64,000 bases of DNA from a virus, in UHGV virus genome UHGV-0293664; one strand, given 5' to 3'. Position 1 is the stretch's first letter. Each line of letters opens with the position of its first letter. The position numbers and the translations under genes are program-made. Positions 19,321-29,332 of the stretch are shown here, piece by piece. The notes below the pieces were generated by a model. It did not search any database, was not told the origin of the DNA, and saw only the letters and a program-made list of their open reading frames with translations.

Positions 19321-20131
19321 ATCTGGTCTCCAAAATGTATTGTAGTTCTTTCTTGCCTATACTCTTCATTCCAGCAGTCTTACCTGCTTCTTCTTGAAAA
19401 GAAGAATAGCATTCAGCAAACACTCTGTCAACACCGTCAACTAAAGATTTTATGAAATATGTTGATTCTTCAGATTTTGGGTCATCATCCCCCAATACTT
19501 TTCCAGCATTATACCCAACACGTCTTACACAGAAGTCGTAGTCATCTGGTGTGCTAAAAGAAAATAACTTATTCTCTCCAATCTCTACAGGATCCCTATT
19601 GCACACCTTTTTCTCCCAAATTTGGAAAACACATGGCACGTCATAAGGTTTACCATTAAGTAAAAACGAATTCTTAGGGCACCTTTCGCTGTAGACAAGG
19701 TGCATCGACATGTCCAGTTTGTTTGCAAAAAATATTTTTTCAAATGTCCGTGGCAAGATGAAGGCTATAGCCCCTCCAAGCTCTAGCAATGATGCACAAT
19801 GGTTAAAGAATTTGCAAGCTAATGATGAATTCTTGCCAAATGGTGGGTTACCTATGAAGACATCTGCCTTGGGATGCACCTCCAAGAAGTTTGCCTGAAT
19901 GCACGGTGTTGGTCCTTCAAATTCAGGATCTGGTACTAAATCGTACGACAATATCTCTGAAAATAGTTTTGAAAAAGAACCCCTTCCAGCAGAGGGCTCA
20001 ACGTATGCACAATTCCCATACTTATCTTTTACCCTACCAACAAGATATTCTGCATACTCAGGGTTTGTGTAGTATTTGTCGTTAGACTCTTTCTTGCTCA
20101 AAGTGCCTCCAAAATGAAAAGGGAGGCGCAA
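19295..20131 (-). CDS. putative DNA N6-adenine methyltransferase
   Basis: VFIGNPPFGKN matches amino-MTase motif IV (NPPF). Confidence 0.5.
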   Translation of the reverse strand: MRLPFHFGGTLSKKESNDKYYTNPEYAEYLVGRVKDKYGNCAYVEPSAGRGSFSKLFSEILSYDLVPDPEFEGPTPCIQANFLEVHPKADVFIGNPPFGKNSSLACKFFNHCASLLELGGAIAFILPRTFEKIFFANKLDMSMHLVYSERCPKNSFLLNGKPYDVPCVFQIWEKKVCNRDPVEIGENKLFSFSTPDDYDFCVRRVGYNAGKVLGDDDPKSEESTYFIKSLVDGVDRVFAECYSSFQEEAGKTAGMKSIGKKELQYILETRYDQKHRLD

Positions 20132-20146
20132 GCCTCCCTCTACTTG

Positions 20147-21136
20147 TTAGATTATCTGAATCAGGGTGTTTTTCATTTCTTCTCTGGTACGGATGTTGTT
20201 ACGGTCACGAACAACAGATCCACAACCTTCGCAGCGGTATGTTTTAAATGCACTCAGCTGAGTATACGCCAAAGCTTCTTCCTCGTGAAGGTGTTCTCCA
20301 CCACAGCGTGGGCAACGAACTTTTGGCTCCTCGTCTTGATAGTACAATGACATGTTTGGGTGCTGCTTAGCAAACGGGCGAGCCAGCAAATACAGGCCTT
20401 CCAGAGACAGGATATCACCAACATTGTACTCCCGCATCTGCTTAAACGCTTCAAGATCACCGTGAACACACTTGATCCACATTTCAAATGTGTGGTCAAT
20501 CAGTTTCTGTCTGGCAAGTTGGAAGTATTTGCATGCATACTCCAAAGTGTTTGCATTCAAACGGAATGCCTTCTTGATCATTTTAAGGGTGTCAACCTCT
20601 TTGTAGGGGCTTGTTGGAGGCAACCCGTGAAATGCAAATCGTTGGTTGGCCCACCCACAGTCAAAACCTGAATTGTGGGCTACTGCGACATCACATTTAT
20701 CCAGATAATACCACAAATCCTGAATCAATTCGAGATCATTGTGAATATCCTCATCCCACATTTTGTAATCGGGAAGAGCGCAGTCAACCACACTGGGGCT
20801 GTCTAACCACTTACCTGCGAAAGTTAGCATATAGGGCATAACTTCAATACCACAGGTTTGAATGTTGGTCTTATAGTGCCCAAAGAACCAGCCGTTTGTT
20901 GGGGATGTTTCTGTATCATACACCCAAACTTTAGCACCTTTGTGCTCTTCAAGGAAGCGCTCCGTTGCTTCTCCTACAATCTCTGACATATTCTCTTGTG
21001 CACGTTTAAGCTGTAGTCGGATCCAGCTCTCACGTGACTCACGGCCTAAAAATTCACGAGCAATTTGTCTATTAGTGTATCCCTGTTGCTTTAGTGTTAA
21101 AATTTGCTCAAGAGTTAACTTTGTCATCATCGTCAA
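20147..21136 (-). CDS. putative DEDD-type 3'-5' exonuclease with N-terminal HTH and C-terminal zinc ribbon
   Basis: VYDTETS (Exo I-like), AHNSGFDCGW (Exo II-like), N-terminal YTNRQIAREF, C-terminal CPRCGG...CEGCG. Confidence 0.45.
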   Translation of the reverse strand: MTMMTKLTLEQILTLKQQGYTNRQIAREFLGRESRESWIRLQLKRAQENMSEIVGEATERFLEEHKGAKVWVYDTETSPTNGWFFGHYKTNIQTCGIEVMPYMLTFAGKWLDSPSVVDCALPDYKMWDEDIHNDLELIQDLWYYLDKCDVAVAHNSGFDCGWANQRFAFHGLPPTSPYKEVDTLKMIKKAFRLNANTLEYACKYFQLARQKLIDHTFEMWIKCVHGDLEAFKQMREYNVGDILSLEGLYLLARPFAKQHPNMSLYYQDEEPKVRCPRCGGEHLHEEEALAYTQLSAFKTYRCEGCGSVVRDRNNIRTREEMKNTLIQII

Positions 21137-21142
21137 GATTCC

Positions 21143-21364
21143 TTAGTAAAACTGAAGAATGTCTTTTAAAGCGAAGTCACGATATTCGCCCTTGTCTACA
21201 TCAAAGGCGTGCATCAACCACTGCTCTTCTTTATGATACTCTGTAGAGCCAAACCATAAATTAGGCTCAGTAACGCAGCGATCTGCAACAACACCTTTCC
21301 AGTTACGGTATTTCATCCTGATCAGAACTGAATCGCAAGGATTGAATACCTTTTTCATCCCCAT
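21143..21364 (-). CDS. hypothetical protein (73 aa)
   Basis: ORF. Confidence 0.3.
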   Translation of the reverse strand: MGMKKVFNPCDSVLIRMKYRNWKGVVADRCVTEPNLWFGSTEYHKEEQWLMHAFDVDKGEYRDFALKDILQFY

Positions 21365-21908
21365 AGAAATCTCTCTCCTCAGTTTTCTTTATAAACTCCT
21401 GCATGTAGAACTCAATAGCCTCATGCTTGGTGCATTCCGGATTAATGACAAGATTGAGATCTGATTCTGCTCGTGCAATGATCGTAGCTTTAGAGCATCT
21501 CCTCAAGAACTTTGTCATATCATCTCTGTAGTTTTTGTGGAGCGGGAAGTCGCTGTAGTCTTTCTCCAAATAGTCAGCCATCCGGCGCAACGCCTCTGAT
21601 AAACTGCAATCTGTATACTCGTTACAGTATTTCATCCAGTATTTAAGTACATACCCCTCAAAGGTATTAGTGCATTGGGACAAAACACCCCTGCAACGAC
21701 CAGTCAGATGGTCATGATCCAAACAAGGCTTACGAAGTGGCTCGCACAAGATCGGATCAAGACCATCCTGCTCCTCTGACAATTCTTTTCGAAAGTTGGC
21801 TATGTCCTTAGAATCTTTTAACCACCCGTTATGAACGGGGGCTTTGACAGCTTTCTTTCTTATTTTACGCTTTGCGATAATCCCTCCAGATGCGCCCTGC
21901 CTATCCAA
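21303..21908 (-). CDS. endonuclease VII-like (HNH-family) nuclease
   Basis: LDHDHLTGRCRGVLSQCTNTFEG closely parallels the EndoVII-type core of the intron ORF at 38085. Confidence 0.55.
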   Translation of the reverse strand: MDRQGASGGIIAKRKIRKKAVKAPVHNGWLKDSKDIANFRKELSEEQDGLDPILCEPLRKPCLDHDHLTGRCRGVLSQCTNTFEGYVLKYWMKYCNEYTDCSLSEALRRMADYLEKDYSDFPLHKNYRDDMTKFLRRCSKATIIARAESDLNLVINPECTKHEAIEFYMQEFIKKTEERDFYGDEKGIQSLRFSSDQDEIP

Positions 21909-22489
21909 TAAGCATCTGCAAGATCGGCCTTACCTTGTACCAAATTGATCCCATCTAGGAACCCAGGTTCAGATACTTCGCAGGCCTTAACCATCAACTT
22001 TTTATCCATCGTAACAGGTTTCTTCACAGTATGCTCTTTACCTGTCTTTTTGTCAAGCTTTTTCTTCTCCTCGAAAGCAAGTTCCTCAGGAAGATGACTA
22101 CGAGCAAACTTTTTGGCAGTTGTTGGTGTCACTGTATGGACCTTAAACAGGCCGTCATTTTCACAATCAGCTAAAGCATCCCAAAGCATAACTTCAAGAC
22201 CGTAAAACAATCCAGCCAGTTCACGTGTGGCATCCCCGCGTGATCCAAAGGAAAGCCCTTCCATAACTACGGTGTCAACGTGGTGCGTGTGGATATAATA
22301 TCTGACCTGTTTGCAGATCCAGTCAATACGCTCAGCAGCTGTTGCAAAAGAAACCGTCCCTGGTTTCTTCTCTTTTGCAGATGAGCTTTGAGTTCGTAAC
22401 ACAACCTTATGGACAGGCTTTCCATCGTCCCATACAACGCAAGCTGTGTGTGTCAACGATTGGTCTATGGATAATAGACGCTCTCTCAT
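21860..22489 (-). CDS. putative RuvC-like Holliday junction resolvase
   Basis: N-terminal LSIDQSLTHTA and VVMEGLSF acidic positions resemble the RuvC fold; weak. Confidence 0.4.
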   Translation of the reverse strand: MRERLLSIDQSLTHTACVVWDDGKPVHKVVLRTQSSSAKEKKPGTVSFATAAERIDWICKQVRYYIHTHHVDTVVMEGLSFGSRGDATRELAGLFYGLEVMLWDALADCENDGLFKVHTVTPTTAKKFARSHLPEELAFEEKKKLDKKTGKEHTVKKPVTMDKKLMVKACEVSEPGFLDGINLVQGKADLADAYWIGRAHLEGLSQSVK

Positions 22490-22821
22490 GCTTCCTCATC
22501 CTCCTCTCCTTCATCAGGAGCATAAGCCTTATCTTTGAACAAGACGAGAGAGCAAAGCTTAACATCTGTTTCCACACTGGTAAACATGCATAACCGCTCG
22601 CCCTCAATCAGCTCACAATCCTCTTTTAAAACAGCAGACCATACACGGTCATCTGCGTAATCATCCGTGTACAGGATGTATGAAATGGTGTCATCTTCGT
22701 ACAACCGCCACATACCTGTGGCAACAACGAATGTATTTTTTGTTTTAAGTGTCCCTGTTGTGTGATCATCCTCAAAAACAGCTTCCATAATTGCGTTATC
22801 TACAGAATTTTTAGTCATCAA
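22486..22821 (-). CDS. hypothetical acidic protein (111 aa)
   Basis: ORF; acidic C-terminus. Confidence 0.35.
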   Translation of the reverse strand: MMTKNSVDNAIMEAVFEDDHTTGTLKTKNTFVVATGMWRLYEDDTISYILYTDDYADDRVWSAVLKEDCELIEGERLCMFTSVETDVKLCSLVLFKDKAYAPDEGEEDEEA

Positions 22822-23957
22822 ATTGCTCCAACATTTCTAAGAACGTTAACAAGTTTTGTTTGATCATTGAATGTTCGCTTCATATACAAACAGTCAAAAA
22901 TTATACTCATCCATTGACCTACGGAAATTCTACGATCAATACCATTGAAGTCAGTATACTTAACAACACCTTTCGGGAACCACTTCTTGTACTGATCAAT
23001 AATAGCCACCCACATCTCCTTTGGAGTGCTGCACTGAGACAGTAGGTAGAATGCTGAGGCATCTCCGAACTTACCCTTACCGATAAGTCCTTGATACGGC
23101 TTGATGTTGTCAGCAGAGTCACCACACAGCATTTGGTATCCGAAGAACAGCATTCCGTAACCACCAACCTCTCCATTAGGCTTCATGAAGATGTTCCCCA
23201 TACCGTTATCGATCAGCATAGGGGTTTCCCTTACAAAATCTCCCTTATCGTTTCGCATGGGATCGAACACAAGCCCAGGTAGTGTTCTTTGGTCCTTATC
23301 AATAGAGATAATAAACTTGTTGAACTTACCTGTTTTTTGGTAGTGATTCCAACCTTCAAATTGCTGGATAGCTAACCAGTCGTCAGCCTCGATACCGTTG
23401 ATCACTTGAGCATTATACTGCTTTTGGAGATACTGTCTTGCATCTCCAAGCAGCAGTGGTCGAAGAGTATTGTTACGGTTGGCTTTATATCTTTCCGGCA
23501 TGGGAAGATCTAGTCTGAAATTACCTGTGCCTCCAAGTACCCCCACGCACCGATCTTCCGGAATACCGAGATAATTAAGGACTGCATTAGCTTTACACTT
23601 AATTGTGTGCAAGCAGTTCTCTACAGGATCAGGGGTTTGGATATCCAAGACATCGAAATCTTCTCGTGTCCACGGAATAAACTCCTTGCCAGCCTTTTTA
23701 CATGCAGCTTCACGGTTGGTATTCTCAGCTTTTAACCAACCACCAACGGTGTTCTTCTGCCGCCCCCAGAACTCTGTTCGTGTTTTAAACATCTTCTTAC
23801 GTCCGGAGGCTTTGTGTGTTACCTCAATTGTCCTTTTTTCACAACTTGCCGCAGCTTGATATGCAACCTGGTCGAAGTCATAATAAACTATAGCGTCAGG
23901 TTCGAGAAGATCAGCAAGACAATCTACAGATTCAATAAGTGGATATTCTCTACTCAA
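22818..23957 (-). CDS. 5'-3' exonuclease / flap endonuclease (T4 RNase H-like)
   Basis: YKANR and GIEADDWLA motifs characteristic of FEN/5'-nuclease family. Confidence 0.65.
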   Translation of the reverse strand: MSREYPLIESVDCLADLLEPDAIVYYDFDQVAYQAAASCEKRTIEVTHKASGRKKMFKTRTEFWGRQKNTVGGWLKAENTNREAACKKAGKEFIPWTREDFDVLDIQTPDPVENCLHTIKCKANAVLNYLGIPEDRCVGVLGGTGNFRLDLPMPERYKANRNNTLRPLLLGDARQYLQKQYNAQVINGIEADDWLAIQQFEGWNHYQKTGKFNKFIISIDKDQRTLPGLVFDPMRNDKGDFVRETPMLIDNGMGNIFMKPNGEVGGYGMLFFGYQMLCGDSADNIKPYQGLIGKGKFGDASAFYLLSQCSTPKEMWVAIIDQYKKWFPKGVVKYTDFNGIDRRISVGQWMSIIFDCLYMKRTFNDQTKLVNVLRNVGAI

Positions 23958-24258
23958 AGTCCCTCCTGTTAGTTACTCTGCAAGATGGTTGGATGCTGTA
24001 ATGAAATGCATCATCACTTTCTGCAATAAGTGACTCAACATCCCAATACTTTTCAAAAAGGAACGGATTAGACCCCCAGTGGTGGGTTATTTTCATCAAG
24101 GAGTCTGGTATCAGATAGCCACAGATCTTAATTACATCGCCAGGTTGAATTGTGTTTTCATGAAGGTTGCTTGCCTTCTTCAGAATCATACCTTTGTGAT
24201 TCTCATTTGCATACAACTGGACGATATCTTTATCTTCAACAATAAAAATTTTAAGCAT
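23950..24258 (-). CDS. hypothetical protein (102 aa)
   Basis: ORF. Confidence 0.35.
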   Translation of the reverse strand: MLKIFIVEDKDIVQLYANENHKGMILKKASNLHENTIQPGDVIKICGYLIPDSLMKITHHWGSNPFLFEKYWDVESLIAESDDAFHYSIQPSCRVTNRRDFE

Positions 24259-24317
24259 ACCTAGTTCTCCTAGTTAATAAATAGTTAACTGATAATATCA
24301 GATCAGAGACTCATTTG

Positions 24318-24611
24318 TCAAGACTTTTTAGTCTTTCTTGGAGAGCTTTTTGTTGATCTTTTTCTTTTGTGGTAAATTCCAAGTGCAGCATTTTCTTGGG
24401 CACACGTTTTAACGGTTTTTAGATCAGAGCTTTCAGCTTTAGGTAGATTAAGCTCCCACCAACCCAACCAGTAAAGCTCTGATTCCGACAACTGCTCAGA
24501 TTCAGACTTCCGATACAAGGCTTGCATACCTCTGATGATATCGTCCAGAGGTGTATCGAATACAAAAGCTGTCTTATCAAATTTCTCTTTTGCAGGTTTC
24601 TTAGCCATCAA
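24318..24611 (-). CDS. hypothetical basic protein (97 aa)
   Basis: ORF; Lys/Arg-rich ends. Confidence 0.35.
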   Translation of the reverse strand: MMAKKPAKEKFDKTAFVFDTPLDDIIRGMQALYRKSESEQLSESELYWLGWWELNLPKAESSDLKTVKTCAQENAALGIYHKRKRSTKSSPRKTKKS

Positions 24612-25116
24612 GGTAACCCTCTATCCACGAAAAGTCAGTCTTCCATTCTGGAACTTTACTAAGCTCACGCCACTCTGCAAAGCAGTCTCGGTAATAGGCC
24701 TCTGCCATACCCTTGGTGATCTTATTCACCTTAGCCAACTGATTAACTGCCTGAGCATACTTTCCACGGATATTTGCTAACCCAGGATGCACAGATGTGT
24801 GACAATCTGGGCACAACGCTATCAGTCCGACAAGCCGGATCACTCCCTCTTCGAAAGTGTAAAGTTCATGACACTCCACTGGATGTTTGCTGCCTTTACC
24901 TCCGCACACCTCACAAGTGTAGTTAGCCTCTCTGTAGCACTTCTTACGGATCTTATCCCACTCACTCTTCTTCACAGCGTTTCGGAGGTTATTATACCAA
25001 GCTGTTTCTGGGATCAGTTGCACAATAAGCCTGCGTTCAGACTTCATTAAACGTCCGTCTTCCACGTGTTCTCCCTCATTCAAAGAAATGGGTGCGAGGG
25101 CAGGAACCTGCCTCAC
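24601..25116 (-). CDS. putative HNH endonuclease
   Basis: CEVCGG...ECHE...CPDCH Cys/His arrangement typical of HNH zinc-finger nucleases. Confidence 0.45.
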   Translation of the reverse strand: MRQVPALAPISLNEGEHVEDGRLMKSERRLIVQLIPETAWYNNLRNAVKKSEWDKIRKKCYREANYTCEVCGGKGSKHPVECHELYTFEEGVIRLVGLIALCPDCHTSVHPGLANIRGKYAQAVNQLAKVNKITKGMAEAYYRDCFAEWRELSKVPEWKTDFSWIEGYLDG

Positions 25117-25282
25117 CTTGTTTCACAAGCTCGTAGAGCTCACCTTGGCTTGTCTCATAAAGGCAAATACGTTTACCATTGTCACGATATACATCGACAA
25201 GGTATGCTGTTTCACCTGCAAATACGACACCACAGGCCAAACATGCCACCATGAACAAAATTGCCAACAGAAAATCTTTCAT
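25076..25282 (-). CDS. small secreted protein or lipoprotein (68 aa)
   Basis: N-terminal signal-like MKDFLLAILFMVACLACGVVFAG. Confidence 0.35.
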   Translation of the reverse strand: MKDFLLAILFMVACLACGVVFAGETAYLVDVYRDNGKRICLYETSQGELYELVKQGEAGSCPRTHFFE

Positions 25283-25346
25283 GGTTAAACCCTCCCAAAC
25301 ATTTTATGAGGTGACAATACCACGTCCGTGTGGATTATGTCAACCA

Positions 25347-25826
25347 TTAATCCAGTACTGTGCCTCCGGCTTTTCGGAAGACGTCCAGCATCTTCTCTAT
25401 GTTTTCTACACGCTGATCATACAGTTTACCAGCCCCCGGTGGTGGTGGGAAACTTGCCCAACGGCTACGGCATTTATAGATAGCTGAACGGATCCTTCCT
25501 TCATAAATGTCATCAAGGGCTTTACATTCGCGGATCAACTGTTTTGCTATGGCATCCTGACTTGCCGGACCAAAATCTCTTAAGCCAAGCTGCTTCATGT
25601 AATGCTTAGCGTATTTCTCCAGAATTTGGTATCTGCCAAATGCTGAAGAGGTAAGGCCTGGTCTTAATTTGACATAAATACCGGGATGCCTGCTGAGATC
25701 CTCTATGTATTTTCCACCAACAAGGATGTGGTACGAAGCATCTTCGCCACCATACCTGTCAGTACCTTCTGAGTGTGAAATCATCGAAAAAAATGCTCTC
25801 AATTGTACATTTTTATCTAGCTTCAT
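25347..25826 (-). CDS. endolysin, lambda R-type lytic transglycosylase
   Basis: HSEGT (catalytic Glu context) and SSAFGRYQ match the lambda-lysozyme family. Confidence 0.7.
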   Translation of the reverse strand: MKLDKNVQLRAFFSMISHSEGTDRYGGEDASYHILVGGKYIEDLSRHPGIYVKLRPGLTSSAFGRYQILEKYAKHYMKQLGLRDFGPASQDAIAKQLIRECKALDDIYEGRIRSAIYKCRSRWASFPPPPGAGKLYDQRVENIEKMLDVFRKAGGTVLD

Positions 25827-26587
25827 TTAAACCTCCGATTAAACCACTCTTCCAACGAATCATCATGTTTTGCATATTCTGCGGATTTTCTGACGCATAC
25901 AGCATCCCACCACTCCGTGTATTGCCCCAAATGATACCTTTTGCTGTTTTCAGCAATCTGAACTTGCCACTTGTCAGTATCGTGTCTCCATTTAACACCT
26001 GTACACCCAGATGTGTTATTAAGTTTTAGTATTTTGCCTTTATAAGTACCTGAAACTAGCTGTTTTCTTGCCTCTACAGCCTCATCTTTGGTCTTAAAGT
26101 ACCCAGCAAACCTATCTCCTTCGAGGGTGTTATATACTGCATACCATAAACCACATTTCTTATAAACGCCTAAGTTACCGTGCGGGTTATTTTTCGGGAG
26201 TAAATTATTTCTTATGCGGTCCTTGTTGTTATCACTGTAGGTGCCCATAGAAAGATTTTCTATATTATCCTGGCCTTTTATATCATTTAAATGCCTGACA
26301 AGAAAGTTTTTTGTTAAAGAGTTATAAAACATGTCGTAAATAATTCTATGACGCTTCTTATCACCACCTTTATGAGAGTTGATTATAACATACCCTTGTG
26401 CATCATTACAACCAGCTTTTGTGCCAGCTTTTATGAAGAGTTGATTTTTACCTCGGCCTCTATAATGACTCTTTGTCCAAACTAGCTCCCCATCTTTGTA
26501 CCAAAATGCAAAATTATCATTGAAGAAGAAATTAATCATTTTTTTTTTACTCTCCAATCTACTTATAGCATATCCGATCAACAACAC
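25823..26587 (-). CDS. HNH homing endonuclease with C-terminal AP2-like DNA-binding domain
   Basis: His/Asn-rich HNH-like core (HKGGDKKRHRIIYD...NIENL) plus C-terminal GVKWRHDTDKWQVQI...YHLGQY AP2-like module. Confidence 0.55.
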   Translation of the reverse strand: MLLIGYAISRLESKKKMINFFFNDNFAFWYKDGELVWTKSHYRGRGKNQLFIKAGTKAGCNDAQGYVIINSHKGGDKKRHRIIYDMFYNSLTKNFLVRHLNDIKGQDNIENLSMGTYSDNNKDRIRNNLLPKNNPHGNLGVYKKCGLWYAVYNTLEGDRFAGYFKTKDEAVEARKQLVSGTYKGKILKLNNTSGCTGVKWRHDTDKWQVQIAENSKRYHLGQYTEWWDAVCVRKSAEYAKHDDSLEEWFNRRFK

Positions 26588-26694
26588 TGTACAGCATGGT
26601 TATATTGCACAGTGCGAATATCAGGGCATATGCAGGTGCCAATTGAAAAAACCCTCATTCAATTGGCTACCGTTACCTACTAAACCTTCCTACA

Positions 26695-27978
26695 TCATTC
26701 CAGCACCTCCCAAGTGTCTGGGTTAACATTTCGAACGCGGATACCGACAGGGAATTGGTAGTTGTTGTCTTCTGTCCTTGCTTGGTATTTGAAGGTGATA
26801 AACTTGCCGATCATTTCCTGCATCCTGTCATAGCTACGCTCCTCGTGCGTGCCTTTCATCTTCATTTTAACAACAACACCTTCCTTGTCAACACAGATAA
26901 GAACACCTTCATCATTCTTATCTTTCTCAACGTCAATAACCTTCACCTCTGCGTCGTTGAACTTTTTCCATTTCAATGCTTCAGATGTTCGCTGACCATA
27001 CTCATATTTACCACAGAAGTTACGCATAATGGTACCTTCATATCCCTCAGACATAAATATACCAACAGACTCTTCGCACCGATCAACTGTGTATGCAAGC
27101 TCTGCATCAACAACCTTAATATGATCAAGCATCAAAGAAGCAATAGCACCATTTGCCTCCATAAGATCCTTACAGCGCCCAGACTCTGTTTCAGGATCCC
27201 ACCACACCTTATCGCTAGGGATATCGAAAATATGATACTCTAAATCGTAGCTGCAGTACCCTCCGTAACGCAAATCATCACGAACAGGCTCAACATCAAC
27301 AGGAATGTCTACCTTGTTGAAGTTTTTGTATGTTGCTAAACCTGCCTTAATCGCAGCCTGACGGCGTTTTTTATCTGCCTTGTAGTCTTTATCGATCTCG
27401 GCCTGAATTTCTTCCTGTGTGCGCCACCGTTTAGCAAGAGACACTATTTTCTGCAGAGGTAGACCATGAATATAGAGCTCTCCGTCGAGCTGTTTAATCC
27501 CGGTGGTTAGGTGGAAAGAGCGAAGTTGCTCCAGAAGCTTCCCTTGAATAGGGTAGGACTTATTACCACGGGAAATAAATTTAGGCTCACCATTCTGGAA
27601 AACAACAAGTAGACGAAGGCCATCTAACTTACGCAAGATCCAGCAAGGTAATTTAAGTGCCTTGCCACGCTTCAGGTAGTCATGCACCAACATGGGTAGA
27701 AGATCAACACCTTGCTCACAATCTTCCATACTCTCCACGTACCCAAGTCGGACCTGTTTTTCCCACTTACTGATCGCTTCCAGCTCGGCCTGTTGTTCAG
27801 CTGTAGTCTCGTTGGCACGACCTACGTTCTTAGGTGTGCATACCGTCTCTTTGTACTGCAGTTTACCGTCAAGCTTTCCAAACTCTACGATAACCTTACT
27901 ACCATCTGTGAATACTTTCCATTGCTGGTAACTTCCATCTTTATTTAGTGCATAAAGTGTTGTTTTGATTTGATGCAT
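26695..27978 (-). CDS. ATP-dependent DNA ligase
   Basis: Motif I RKLDGLRL (KxDG), 427 aa. Confidence 0.8.
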   Translation of the reverse strand: MHQIKTTLYALNKDGSYQQWKVFTDGSKVIVEFGKLDGKLQYKETVCTPKNVGRANETTAEQQAELEAISKWEKQVRLGYVESMEDCEQGVDLLPMLVHDYLKRGKALKLPCWILRKLDGLRLLVVFQNGEPKFISRGNKSYPIQGKLLEQLRSFHLTTGIKQLDGELYIHGLPLQKIVSLAKRWRTQEEIQAEIDKDYKADKKRRQAAIKAGLATYKNFNKVDIPVDVEPVRDDLRYGGYCSYDLEYHIFDIPSDKVWWDPETESGRCKDLMEANGAIASLMLDHIKVVDAELAYTVDRCEESVGIFMSEGYEGTIMRNFCGKYEYGQRTSEALKWKKFNDAEVKVIDVEKDKNDEGVLICVDKEGVVVKMKMKGTHEERSYDRMQEMIGKFITFKYQARTEDNNYQFPVGIRVRNVNPDTWEVLE

Positions 27979-28247
27979 TACTCGGCCTCTTCCTTAAAAA
28001 TTTTAAACATCTCTTCTTTACTCATTACCAACCAGTCTCCCATAAAGTCAACTAACCAATCTCCCTGGTACAAGACTAGGTTACCAAACGGCTCTACAAG
28101 CTCACACATGCGACGAAGATCTCTGGTCCGAACAGGTGACGATGTAAACACACCTGTATCAATCCACCGTTGCAGATCAGATACTGATGAAGAGCTTCCG
28201 TCAAACTGGTGTGCTTCTACAGGTTTAGCAAGATTAAATAACGGCAT
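27978..28247 (-). CDS. hypothetical protein (89 aa)
   Basis: ORF. Confidence 0.35.
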   Translation of the reverse strand: MPLFNLAKPVEAHQFDGSSSSVSDLQRWIDTGVFTSSPVRTRDLRRMCELVEPFGNLVLYQGDWLVDFMGDWLVMSKEEMFKIFKEEAE

Positions 28248-28572
28248 TGCAGTCCTCCTTATCTAATAGGTCTTTTATCGGGTAAACAAGCAGGTGTGGA
28301 TCGTAATAATTTATAGTTTTATTCTGCCACACTATGAACTTAATTACAACTAAATTTACCACATCTTTATCTCCATGTAGTCCAACACACAGATTTGTCC
28401 ATATTTTGTGGTTGAATACTTTGCTGTCGATGTAGATCTTAGTGTCAAACTTATCCTCTATCCTTCCTATGAGTTTAACCAACTCTTTCATCTGATCCCC
28501 AAACACAGCATCGTTTTCAAGATCTCTAGAGTGCTTGTACATAACTATCTGCCTCACTTGCATACTTTCCAC
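28234..28572 (-). CDS. hypothetical protein (112 aa)
   Basis: ORF. Confidence 0.35.
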   Translation of the reverse strand: MESMQVRQIVMYKHSRDLENDAVFGDQMKELVKLIGRIEDKFDTKIYIDSKVFNHKIWTNLCVGLHGDKDVVNLVVIKFIVWQNKTINYYDPHLLVYPIKDLLDKEDCNAVI

Positions 28573-28605
28573 AACAAGTAAAGCCGGGTGATCCCGGCTA
28601 TGTTG

Positions 28606-29319
28606 TTAAATATACTCTGTTACATCCTTGAAGCTTGAAGGCTTCATGATCTTACCTTTACTGTCAAGGAATATGATAACTTTATTACCGTTGTAGAACT
28701 CTTCCTTAGCAACAAAACCTTCATATCGACCATCAAAGCGTCGCTCAAGATCTTTAATCTCCAACTCTACGAGTTGTTCAGCAGGCATATCTGCACTGGC
28801 ACCGTGTGAATACCGTAGATGGTTAATCTTTGCAAACTTGCTGTCATTCGATTTGAGAACCTTACGCATCATCCCGCACACATCGCCGCGAAGCTGGAAC
28901 AGCAAAGCTGTTGACAACTCCGCTAAGCGGTAAGCTGACGCTCTTTGCTTAGGTGTGTTTTTCGCAGCGATCAGGGTATCATAGAACTCACCGATCTTGA
29001 ACTTAAGGCCTCGTGGATTATCAAACAGGCTTGACCACTTTTCGTGATTGTCATTAACAAGATAAGCGGCATAACTTGTGACAACGTGAAGATCGCAGGC
29101 CTCTTTTAGCAGGTGATCTCCACCATCGCCTTTCTCCAGCTCTTCCAAAACTTCATTGAACTCTTCCTCAATGAAGCTAAGCTGTAATTCGAACGGTGTG
29201 TATGATTTTTTCACTTTAGCTGCCACACGGTTCCAGTTTTCCACCCAGTTGGCAGACCAAAGGTAGTTTTCAGGTTGGGACAGTTTTTCCAGGTTGTCAA
29301 TCAATTTGGTATTCAGCAT
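28606..29319 (-). CDS. putative MazG-like nucleotide pyrophosphohydrolase
   Basis: EEEFNEVLEELEKGD...HLLKEACDL resembles the MazG EExxE...D metal-binding helix pair; weak. Confidence 0.35.
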   Translation of the reverse strand: MLNTKLIDNLEKLSQPENYLWSANWVENWNRVAAKVKKSYTPFELQLSFIEEEFNEVLEELEKGDGGDHLLKEACDLHVVTSYAAYLVNDNHEKWSSLFDNPRGLKFKIGEFYDTLIAAKNTPKQRASAYRLAELSTALLFQLRGDVCGMMRKVLKSNDSKFAKINHLRYSHGASADMPAEQLVELEIKDLERRFDGRYEGFVAKEEFYNGNKVIIFLDSKGKIMKPSSFKDVTEYI

Positions 29320-29332
29320 TAAAGGTCTCCTT

